Positions 51,901-64,000 of a stretch of DNA of 64,000 nt are shown piece after piece. Numbering within the stretch: position 1 is the stretch's first letter; the number at the start of each line of letters is the position of its first letter. The notes beneath the pieces are model-generated. The model was not told where the DNA came from. It worked only from the letters and a program-made list of their open reading frames with translations, and did no database searches. Source of the stretch: Styela clava (Eukaryota); NCBI RefSeq assembly GCF_964204865.1, contig NC_135258.1:14694001-14758000 (forward strand), in the 5' to 3' direction. The position numbers and the translations under genes were made by a program.

Positions 51901-54313
51901 TACTGATTGGAGGACCTCGAAGCAGACCACATGCAATTACGAGCTCGTCAGGTCTGCCATGACGAGGCGCATTGCATGTTATAAGAATCAGAAGCGGGTT
52001 CTCAAGAATTTAAGAACAATAAACGAGTGAGTCAGTGGGCGTGTGTACGTCTACGTGATATATGCTACAGAGCGATATTATTTTACAAAATATTTTTAAA
52101 TAATTCTAAGCTTGTTTTCAAGAAATAATTAAGAATAAATAAATCCTTACCTCGTCACAGTTCTTTTTTCAGTTTGCGAAGTCTCAATTTCCATATTACA
52201 ATCCGTAATTGTTGTAACAGGCGAGTCTGTTGCTTTTTCATTTGTGCTGTCAATTTCGTTTTCTATATGAGAGTTTGAACTTGAACTTTGTCTCTTTTTC
52301 AATGAATGTTGGGGGCTGGCAGAATTCTCTATAACAGATGTAGCCCTGATGCTTCGTCTCTTTTCCCCATCAGCGCAAACTTGCCTCAACATAGCTCCAT
52401 TCAAAAACCATACCGCCAATAGTGGGACGAGTAATGCTATGGCGTATACAATGGAGGATGTGATCCCAGCAGAGAGAATGAGATTGAATGCTGATACACT
52501 GTATGGTTCGTTCGTAAAGAAAGGATATACTGCCACAAGGATTCCGATAAACCAAATAAGAGCAAAGGCGAGTGCACAACGTTTTTTGGTCAGATAGGCG
52601 CCTTGCCTGAAAAATAAAAGTTGAAAAACGTTCATTTTAAGTATTTTATAATTATATTATTTGAACTGAGTGGTGAACTGGTCTGATTACTTGTTGTTTT
52701 TGCAATTTGCAGTGGCGTTTTGAACGTGGCATTTTTTTACTGTAAGGCTTTTTCGCTTTTGAGTGAGTAGCCTATATGCAAACTTGTTCCATACAAACAC
52801 AAATGAATGGGAAATCACTCCAACGTAAGTGAATTTTATCAGTTAGGTGGTTTTTAGTTAAGCACCACATCGATCTATTGTCTTTGCTCCAATGATGTTA
52901 GGTCTTACAATTCAGACACCGCTAAAAAATTAGATGCATTTTGTACGAAGTTCGTTTGAGTTCACCTAGAGCTATCAGAAAAAAATGAACCCTAAATTAT
53001 ATAAAAAATATTACATAGCAAACAAGGTTGCATTACCTGTACTGAAAAGGCTTTGTTATTGCCAGATATCTGTCAATGCTTGCAACAGCCATTGTATATA
53101 TGGACACAGCGAACGATAGAACAACGAAAAAACCCACAAAGTTTATCAGAGGCCGAACCATGTAGTCGCTTAGACTAGGACGTTGTCCTGGGTAGCGGAA
53201 AGGCAAGGGGGCGATGTACATAGTATACGTTGTAAATATACATGTAGGCAAAACGAAGACTCCGACGACGATATCTGCCAATGCAAGTGATATTTTAAAG
53301 TATCCTGGAATGTTTCGCATGATTTTTGTACGGGCAGCAACGCCTAACACCAAGCTGTTTGCAAGGATTATCAAAACAGCGAGAATAGCATCAAAAACAA
53401 TGCTGAATATTACCATCGGTCTGCAATATTTCGGCATACAGTTGTAAACCGTCATAGGTTCCTCCAAATATTTTTCATAAGATATTCCGCACGTAAACGC
53501 TTCACAAAATGGAATAATCGGGAAATACCATTCAGCGAATAGAACGACAGGAACGGTGACATTGTCTTTTTTGACACCCTCTTCAAAATATTTTTCCGAG
53601 TACGCCGATGCTTTCAGATTGAATTCAAAACTTTTTTCAGTGTTTTTATACACTTCATGTCGACTCAACGTCTCCATGTAGTCTTCGATACTTTTACATG
53701 CTTGATTTATCAATCCCAAGTCCTGACCATGGAAAAATTTGGTAACTCGTCTTTCCAGAGACGCAGCGTTGGCAGAATTTTGTAAAGATATTGAGTCTAA
53801 TCCAGACCCCTCGGAACGTATGTTTATATTTTCTTTCAAAAATGGATCTACATTTCTCCAGTTTTTTATTTCTTTCGCGCATACGTTTTCATAAACAAAT
53901 ATATGACAAAACTTTAAATAAGCAACGTTGTAATATTCTGTAACAGCTTCTTTCTTTGTGTCACAAGCGTTTGGTAACCTTTGACCGCCATCTAAAATAT
54001 CACACAATTGAAGTCGGAGGAGATAATTTAAAATTGATTCTCTTCCACGGCGAAATCTATCATTCAAACAAGTTGAATTCCAAGATGGATTTGTCGTTTT
54101 ATTAGCTCTGTTTTCGTTGTTTGTCGACTGAACAATAGGCGTCGATTGCGTTCGAATTATCGTATCGTCATCTTCAATATTTGCTACAGTTGCCACATTT
54201 CTTGTTATCGCATTTTCTTGTCGGTTCTTTGCATTTATGTTTTGTATTGCAAATGAACATATTGAGTCTTCAAAAACGTATATCAAAATTACAATTTGGA
54301 ATAACAGACGCAT
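48978..54313 (-). CDS. Orphan rhodopsin-class GPCR with a ~300-aa Cys-rich ectodomain, 859 aa. Exons 54313-53037, 52606-52151, 50957-50679, 49545-48978.
   Basis: Signal peptide, TM1 ANSLV, TM2 SLALAD, TM3 SIDRY, TM4 W, long ICL3, ERRLARTL TM6 and TM7 NSFWNCIIYS plus helix 8 FRRAM. All three introns are phase 2 and GT-AG. Confidence 0.92.
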
Positions 54314-57300
54314 GTTAAAGAACCTGTCATAAAATCAGATTTTATTTTATTGCTAGAACACCTTTTAGTCAAAATCATCAATACGGTGCATCGACTATCC
54401 AGGAACTGTTGTTATCATACATATGTAGTAATAATATACGGGTAAGAATATTTACGAAATTAAGCATGAGTTAAACTATAAAGTACTGGTTTTCACATCC
54501 GTGATATATACAGTTGGCCATGCGGTCTGCTGCTGCCTCGCACTCTGAATTTAAATAACCATGCTAATAGAAAGAGCCTATGCTATTGTTATTTTTTGTT
54601 GTAGTTGTTTTAAAATATTGTTTTGCCTATCACTCACCATACCACAGCATCATGTTTAATAATGATTAATCAATCAGATCGATGATTGTGATCAACGTGT
54701 AATAAGTTGTAGCACGTTGTCGTAGTAATATTTCTTTTGCTTTTTACTGGACTCGTCTATTTATTTGCATAATATCGTGACTATTCTATGAATATTCTGT
54801 TTTTGTTTGGCATGCGTTGAGACGAACTCAACACCATTTAACCTCACACTGAACTGCAGCTTTTAGAACGTCGGTGGTTATTTTTGACATCACCCCAGCA
54901 AACGAGGTTTGATCATTTTGTTTAAATTCTTCTGACCCTGATTTGGGAAAGTGTTCATACAAATACAAATAATTTGAAAATGCCTAAAATATAGTAACAA
55001 AGTTTGTCTGGCGAACAACGTATTCAAATTAATTTATATTGCTCAATCCATTTGCATTAGAGGGTATTTACTGCTTCTAACAGTTTTATGAATCTAAATT
55101 GATGCTACTTCTTGTTTACGTTCTTGAAGAAAAACAATTTATGAAATATTCGAAAATGACTAATCAGAATATTTTTAATACCCATGGATGAAATAATAAA
55201 ATGCATAACTGTATTTTAAAATTTGGATTCAAATTGGATTCCAGAATGAATAGTAAATAATATAAATCATCTGAAGACATTGTAAATTCATAAAAAATGT
55301 ACATGATTTCTAACAGTGCACTTTCTGTTATTGGACACCAAATTCCGTCGATAGTTCAAGTCGTTTTGGGTAAATTTAAGGCTGTCAAACTAAATCTAAC
55401 ACTAAGCCTGTCCTTGTAGTCATAATTGATTTTTTGTATCCGTAATACACGGAAAAACATGGGGGTTATATGAATTTCGACTAAATGACGTACTACGTCT
55501 AGTGGCCAAGTTTAGTTGAAGATATCGGTTTTTAAACGTATGTATAATTTACAATGTTACGAAATGTTTGTTTGTGGTGAAATAAAAGTCAACGCCATTT
55601 AGAATGAATGGGGATTTTTTAAGTCGACGTAGAAACTACAAATAAATTTTAAATAAGTTGTTCATTATTCATTCTATTATATACAAGCAGTAGCTTATTC
55701 ATAAAATCATTTGGGGGGTGATATGCAAATGTGATGACGCCATTCCTGATGGCACCATTGTTTTAAACAGAAGAATTGTTTTTAAATGCAAATTATCAGA
55801 AATAGAAATTAAACTGAGGCTTGAAAAATAAAATCTGGTTATATTTTCATTTAGAAAAAGGAACAATTTGTCGGGCAGAGATCATTTGTTTCAAATTCAA
55901 TTCAAATCGCCTCTGTTCACCCTCTGAGACTCCCATGTTCTATATAAATTATTAGAATCATTACAATTTTAAATTTTGGTAGAAAAGTGCCTCAAGAATT
56001 TAACAAAGAATATTTTCTCATAACAATATTCTATTCTCCTGTCGTTTCATACATTCGTATCTTCAACATAATCTGTAGCATATATATACATTCCTAAGAA
56101 ATTTAAGTTGAATCAAATTGTATTTTGTAAAAGAATTGAATCAAGTATGAATAACCAGAAAACTATAATCATTCACTAACACTTTCCCGCTGGTAATTCA
56201 ACAACATTGTAATTTTACTAACAAACATTTAATTTATATTTCCTATTTATAGAAATGAAAATTAACTGATATGCGTCATCACTAAATCGGCGTTTTCGAT
56301 TTTTTTCTAAAAAAAGAAACAATTTAATCCCAATGTAACTTTCTTAATTTCGTGTCGGCGAATGATAAAATTTTAAAAATAGAAATGATTTTTTTCGCAG
56401 TTTGGCATTTTGCTATATTACTACTTTATCTTCTCAATTTATAATCTCTGGGTGTAATTCTTCTTGAGTTGAAGTTTTAGAATAACTGTGTGATAAAACA
56501 CCACGTCACATATTTGAAATGTAATAAAATAGGCCGAACCAGAAATACAACAAATAATAACATACAGTACAACAATATGTTATTTTGCTGGAGATGTATT
56601 TTTATAGTCATAATAAAATGAAAAACTGCTTTTCGATTGTCGGCTTCCCATTCATATATCCGTTACAATAAATTAAATTAAGTGATATTTAATATTTTTT
56701 GCTACGCCACAATATGTCACGACTCACAAATATATATATTTTCATCTCAGTATGATTTGTTTGACTAAATTTATAAATGATTACTTTTGCCGAAACTTGT
56801 ATGGTGCGCGTCATAAAAATGTTGTATCACACACAGATTATGTACTAAACAACATACAGAGTTATTCTCCCACTTTTCTCATACTACCAGAACATTTCTC
56901 TTTATTTAGTCAGAAACATCGCGTTATTCTACTCCCTTTCATCTTGGTAATGAACGTAAAAAGTCTAATATTTACATTAGCACTGACTATTTCTCGTTTA
57001 AAAAATTTCTATGTTTCATCAACTTCAGCATGAGTCTTGCATTGCTGCAGAATAATAATTGAGACTGAAACTCACGTGCACGTTATAAATATTACATTCT
57101 GAAAGCAATCTTAAGTGGTTTTTGGAACGATTTCAATTATTGTGTTCTAACAACTTCGTGCTGTTTTCTCTTCTATTTTCTTAGCTACGATTAATTAATT
57201 TATCTATAGCAACGATCGACGACATATACTGTAAGCATACAGTACTTGAAAACTATTAAATTTCCACAATTTGACGCGCGTATTAATTAGACATGGCTAA

Positions 57301-60300
57301 TTCTAACATTACTACAATATCATTTTTTGAAATGAAATTAGTGACAACATTTATACAAAGTTGAACGATTGGTTATTCATAACCTATCTAAATTATCAAC
57401 TCTAGAACTTATCATTTATCAATTTACATAGTGAAAAGCATTCAGATTAAACCTACAATAACCTTCGACAAAAACTTATATATGACCCACAAACTGCCGA
57501 TCGATTTTGGGTAATTATATGTGACTTGCTTCAAACGATTTTCAGCGATACCGATTTGGACAAAAAAACTAAAATTGAATTAAATCTTATAATCTTTAAT
57601 ATTTAATCATTCCCTATCACAAAAGCAGACACTATAGTAAAATACACTGATGTAAATATGATTTCACAGTGTCTAACTTTTAAACATAACACAATATCTA
57701 ATTCTCAGTTGTTTTTTGCGGTTCATGCAATCATTATCTTTGGTTGAAGCTTGGCCAAAAAATACGAGTGAAATATTTTTCAAATAAAAGACTATAGAAT
57801 CTTAAAAAACTTTATTTTTTCAAATCGGGTAATTTAATTATAAAACAAAGAGTTTCGATTTTTGGATTGTAACATGTGGGGTGCAATCGCGCAGTACAAA
57901 AAATTACAGAAAATTCACTACCATAATATAGAAATTGAATGTAGTGCATTAGCACACCAATAAAACTTACATTACGTGCTTTATTCACTGTCGGTACTTA
58001 GGAAATACGGATTTTGCCACAGATTCTAATCTAACCAGCGTTTTATATTTCATAAAATGCAAAATGCAAAAACGTTTTTTGAAATATTTTGTAAATTTTC
58101 TTGTTGCTTTATCTATATAATTGGAGCTTCTAAATTTTTAACGAGCGTGTCATTGCAAAAACATTATGACGACAACTTTGTGCGTGTTGGGCGTCACAAC
58201 TGCATTCAAACAGCACTTAGCGTCGTTTGTAGCACGCAGGAAATTAGACGCAATAACATGATTCCGACCCACGTAATTTCTCAAGAACGAGAAAGCATGT
58301 GATGTGTTTTCTGATAATGAGAAATTTTAAATTGTTTTGACAAGGGTCGCGATACGATATAGGCTTAATGTAATTGTTCAAAACAAATGTACGGACAAAA
58401 TGAGGACATGCTTTCGAAGCTATCAAAAAATTAGAAAATTCTCACATTTTTATGTAGGTTATAAACAACAGAAATTCAGAATTTTTGCTTATTTTTTTAT
58501 GTTTGCTATTACTTAATGTCTTTACATCAGTTCAATTAACTGCTTTTCGAGTTTTATATTTTTTGGAAAGACATAATTTGGGTGTCAACTAATCTACAAT
58601 TAAACAGGTTTAACAAGACTAATTTTACACTTTTTACAATCAAAAAAACTCTCTCTATATATACATGTCATTGTTTGTTTGGAACTTTTTTGGTGAAAAA
58701 ACAGTTCACAAAAAGTCACAAAATATTTCAATAGACTAATAATAATATTACGATAAGCCAAGTTTATTTTATTAAATCTTTATCATCGGAAAACCCATTT
58801 ACACCCTTGTAGTGACAACTAAATTACCGGAAGATAGCTAAATTATGAAACTATCTCGCGAATACATCGTAAGCAAATAAACGCAGCTGCGGTCATTTAT
58901 GGTCGTAATCTTTAAACCAAACCTTTCATTATTGGTAAATAAAAAAGCGTGAACGCGAAATTTTTCACAATCTACCAATCAATGAAATAATAGCTGTATT
59001 TGTTAGGTTTAGTCACGCGTATGTCTAAACTCCATACATAATTAGCTGACAGCGAAGATCAATTACTGCATTTACAGTTGACACTTTCTTGAGTTTTATT
59101 TTTCTGTCATAAAAAATGACTGGTCTTGGCTCAGAAGAAAACTCGAAGTAAACATATAGAGATTGCTTTGACAGCTATTGCATCCAATTATTTGGTAAGA
59201 TCGGACCTTTTCTGTCTTGCTGTAGACACATATATATGTAATATCCAATATAAGCTTTGCTAAAAAGATACATACATGACATTGATTTCTACTCTAATAT
59301 ATATAAATTAATTTCTCCATTTGAACTCCTAGAATAAAACTAATCACAAGTTCTTACGTGACCAAAATTTTGCGTAATAATTGCTATCTTAGTAGGAAAT
59401 GCGTATCTACTGTAGCATAAGATTGTCAAATTAACGATTTTTATTTAGTAGTGATGACGATTTATGGCTTCCACTTTATCAGAAGGTAAAATACGTAATA
59501 ATCAATACTGATGAAAGTAGGACAGGTTTGTGTGTCCTGTAGGTTTTTGCTGACTTTGTATTAACTCAAAAAAAAAATTGAAATATATATCATCGTTTTA
59601 CACATTCAATATTTATGAAAAAAACATATCGTCCTGGTAATCCAAACAACTTAGTTGGCTTTACCAACAACTCATTAGTTCAAATCTAGTAGCTAATATA
59701 GTTTTCCTTTTTCAAACCCTATATTTCTACTTTACACTTTTTTTTTCTATCGTTGTTTTTCATATAGGTGAATAGCCACGTTCAACTCCCCGGCGATAAC
59801 ACTCAAATGATGATTAACTTTCGTCGCACCTTAGTTCGATGAATCATATATTTTATCTTCTTGTTTGAGACGCGGTTTACGCCAGTTTTTCTGTTATCGT
59901 GCGTTTATTTGTAGATATGCGATTACTTGAAATAATGCACCTAGAGGCATAAAGTGAAGAATGTGTCAACAACAATTTAATCATATATTATGTTGCAATG
60001 ACGAGGCATAAGCGTATATTTATCATATTTGTAAACGAATCCTTTGTGGGATGTTATATTGTTGTGAAATATACATTTGGGAATATGTAACACAGCAGAA
60101 TGTTATAATTTGTATTTTGCATAACGAACACATAAAATGTGCCGCTATTCCGTAGGTAATGCCTAATTTCTTGTCAGAACCGGAATTGGATTTGCTTCAC
60201 TTTTCTTTGTATATAAACCGGATAGGAAAAGGAATCGTGTGTACTTGAGAAAATCGTGTAATAGTGACTATTAAACTATGAATTCCAACGTTTTAGTTTT

Positions 60301-63300
60301 TATTTCATTTTCGCCTTTGATGGTCAATGATATGTAAAGAACATATTCTATGGATTTGTATGTAAATATCATAACGACGAGCGTATTCATCGAATTAATT
60401 TGTGAACCCGAAGCATGCGCATATGAATCGTTTTGCTAAAGTCTTATTGTCGTTATCCTACTATTTGTGTTTTTCTTCCTCTTGCGGACAAATCGATTCT
60501 CAATTTTTAGTACTCAAAGGTAGTTGAAGGATGCTGTTACTATCGCCAAACTTTTGACATTCTTTTTATGAATATGGCGCCACCGCGTGACATTGGGCGC
60601 CTCATTCATACCCAAGCCGCTACCCACTGCTCAACTACGGCTTCCCCGATACTAATGTCTGGTTGTGTATTGCTACCGCTGTAAAACTTGATTTTCAGGT
60701 TTGACTTGAAAATTTTGAAGGATAAGATAACGGATTCAATGTATGCCTAGGCTACTGGGACTGCAGTTGATCATTGGCTCTTCGTGTCGATATATTCAAA
60801 CACTGCTCTCTTGTTTTATTGCTGACGATGTGGGTTCTTTTTGAATCCACTCACCCAACTTTTTTTTTATAATTGGATGATGTTTTATGAAGTCTAGAAA
60901 CACGCTTCAATTGGAGAAAACGAGACCAATTAGATGTTGGTAACTCATCCTATTTAACCTAAACAAAATCAAGCAATGTAAATATGGCATAATTTGTATT
61001 GTTATAGTTTATATTTCATGTCTGACATTGTGTGTTTTCTTTCGGTACGAATTACTTTGTATTTGAAAGCGCTATTTTTAGTCCTAAAGAGAAACACTAA
61101 TTAGACGCAAATTGAAACCCTATAGACTTCCTTATCCTCTTGTACCTGGAACAAATGATTACGAACATATTTTTACCTATGGTTAGACTGATCGGTGGAG
61201 AAAGCACCATGATTATAATTTCAACTCTCTTGCAGATAAATTGTGTCTGGTAAGTTTCCGTTGGTCACAGGGCTTCATTAAAACTTATGCATTTTTAATG
61301 AAAATAAAACATGTAATTTGTCTCATTTGTGCCGCTTCATTTTCCTTAAAACATCTGGCAATTTAACATTTTCAGAAAAAGAGTTGTATCGGTATTTCAT
61401 TCCTTATTTATTTTTTATTTTTGCAGCTTTTCGTCTGTTGTAAGCATTTTTTTTTAAATGAACAACATTTTAGCAACTTCATATCAAAGTTACTGGCCTA
61501 TTACCGTCATGCATACTATTTGCTGAGATTCAATTCATTGATATCCTATAAAATATATCACTATACGCAATACATCATTGACAAGGGCGGATTTGATGGG
61601 ATATGATGGCTCATTCGTCAATGGTTGTATATTGAACCCCTTTGAATTTGATAGTGACTTATGCGAAGAGTTTTATATCTACTTATTTCATAGTCAATAC
61701 AATTTGAAAAAAAAGTCAATTGTTCTACACCTGTAAATTATTTCTTCATGGGCATATTCTTGTAATTTTTATAACTCCCAACTTAGTATGTCCTTTAATA
61801 ACTAAAGTTGAACGAAGTCCAAATTTCATACAACAAGCATATTGTATAAATAAACGTATCGCCAGAACTGTAAGTGTATGTCATAATATGGTCATCCAAT
61901 TAAGAAATGAAAATAATTTTTTTGGAGCATCAAAGTATCAAAATCTTTTTGATCTTCTAACTTCTGCTTTATGCTAGCAACTTGAACAGTTTTCACTGTG
62001 TTAACTTTTTTTCATACTTTGGGTTTTTGTGTAATAAATGATAAATTTTTATCCTGATTAACTTTTTATCCTGAACTCTTGGCAGCAGTGCAGAGATGTG
62101 GACCACCAGGTGACTGCACCATTGGGTAGAGAAAACATATAATTCATTAAGTTGGTCGCTCAAAAAGAAATGCTGATCAAAAGGAGAAGAACGCTATCTG
62201 ATTGAGCGTGGCATCATTGTCAAACAGTGTTCAACAACGCCATCTCGCGGAACACATTTATTTATGCTGGTGTTAACAATTTGTGGCATTTGTGTTCAAT
62301 CTAATAAACGGAATCACTTCACCGATCAGTAGGTGTTTCTAGGTATTAGCTTGACTAGATGACTGAATATACTCAAATATATGGACACGAAAGCCAAAAC
62401 GAAGTGGTATCAAATTATTCACGTTACATGTAGTTTTCCCTATTAAAATATTCCTGACTGTTTTGATTTAGTAGCCAGTCAAGTATGTGTTCATTTCTAA
62501 AACAGGAAACAAGAGAGCAGAGCTCAAATATATAGACACAAAGGTCCAATACCCAACCGCAGTGACGGTAACCTACGCGACTGATATGGAAATGTGTCTG
62601 AGCACCGAAATCGCAAAATCGAACTGGAGATATGAAGGATTTAAATTGATTGACGTAAGCATTTGGATAGCATTTTGTAAGATCGAAATAAATCCATAAA
62701 AAATTTAACAATTCAAAGCACTTTAAATTTCTATAAAATTTTATTCAAATCGTTAAACAAAATGGTTGGGGTCAAAAGTCAAATACTAACGTGAGTGTTT
62801 GAACATAAATTACTTATAAATGCAAACATTATTTTGAGTTTAGTTTTTTACCAATTGACTATTTATTGAAAAACAATAAATAAATAAAATTACAATAAAT
62901 AAATAAAATGTGGCTACAAGTTTGCACAAGTGCCGATTAAATCCAAATTTTCAGTGGCTAAAGCTTGTTGTTGTGTGCGATGACGTCATCAAAATTTGCG
63001 CTGTGACGGATTTGCTCCGTGTTCTTATATTTGAGCATCGCTCTCTTGTTTTAGTGCTAATTTATTGTTGAAATTTTTGTATTTTTATCGGAAGATTTTA
63101 ATTCATTAGATTGCCTAATTTTTCTTTTTTGGCTTTTGTCTCGATGCATATTTAATAATTAATTTTCTCTTAATATACTTGTACTGATAAACCTCGTAAC
63201 ACGTGCACAGATCTTTGTCAGATCAATGTTGAGGTAAAATTCAGGTCATTATATATACTCCAGAAAAATTACTTTTATTCTTTGTTGAAAATTTTAACGC

Positions 63301-64000
63301 CTTTCTTTCTTTTAACAGAGGCAGCGTAATATTGAAATAGATGCCCAAATTGAATTAGAATACACAACGAAAATATTCCAAAACAAAAAAGTCACGTCAG
63401 TAATAATCTTCAACCATGTTGTTAGCTGAAAATAATAGAGATGACTTTAGTTCAGCATTATCACAAAACTCATTAATATTCAATACATAATAATTTATGA
63501 TTAAATAATTTTAAGCTATTTTGATTACTTAATAATTAAAAATGCAGTAAAAGGGAGATTTGAGATATTTTAGTAGTCTGGTTTCATACGTATCACTTGT
63601 AAAAACTCATTTTTAGCTTGCTTCACAACGTTTCATTCGTCATTTGATCATGGTGACAAAGTACAAGATGTCAAGATAAATTACATCAGTGACCTCTGTT
63701 TTCTTGCTATGATAGCATGTTACTTTCCCCTTGGGTTGCGTATCTGACAAGACGTTTTGACGTACTTACGGAACGTTATGTATGTTCGCGTACGATGAGA
63801 AGATTTGTTAATTAAAAAATGACGCAGGATGAGTCTGTAACGCGAGACCAAAGACGCGGTACGCTTGGATATAAGTGCAATCATCTTTCGGGGGCTTATT
63901 TATGGGAAGTTGAAAACACACTAAAAACATCCCGTGTATAGTCTCACAAGTATTGTCGTACTTGTTCGCTTATAGTCTATTGGCAACTTTGGAAATTAAC

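Noticed and set aside
54400-64000. Short ORFs in the last 10 kb
   Set aside because: They have AT-rich random composition or overlap repeats, with no phase-consistent exon chain. The region is probably the GPCR 5' intron or upstream DNA.

Overview
AT-rich animal genomic DNA with short GT-AG introns, most consistent with a tunicate/ascidian-type genome (organism is an inference). I assembled nine protein-coding loci by checking splice sites and reading-frame phase by hand: FAM50/XAP5 exon 1 (-), PYM1 (-), intronless TRIP13/PCH2 (+), an unrecognised 5-exon 536-aa gene ending in a divergent GIY-YIG-like nuclease domain (+), a class I Rab11-FIP (11 exons, +), a DNAJB1/4/5-type Hsp40 with a perfect heat-shock element (+), an orphan tail-anchored protein (+), a secreted three-trefoil protein (+) and a 6-exon claudin-like gene (+). 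A tenth locus is an 859-aa rhodopsin-class GPCR with a Cys-rich ectodomain and an NCxxY motif (-). Repeats include tRNA-derived SINEs, non-autonomous hAT elements (four with nnnTAnnn 8-bp TSDs, one nested in a SINE B box), a Merlin-like hairpin MITE and LINE-like tails. The top leads are the intron-containing GIY-YIG-like gene, a possible PYM1-FAM50 trans-spliced operon, the trefoil/claudin epithelial cluster, the unusual GPCR, and a hairpin beside a Rab11-FIP cassette-like exon. I found no convincing coding exons in 54.4-64 kb.
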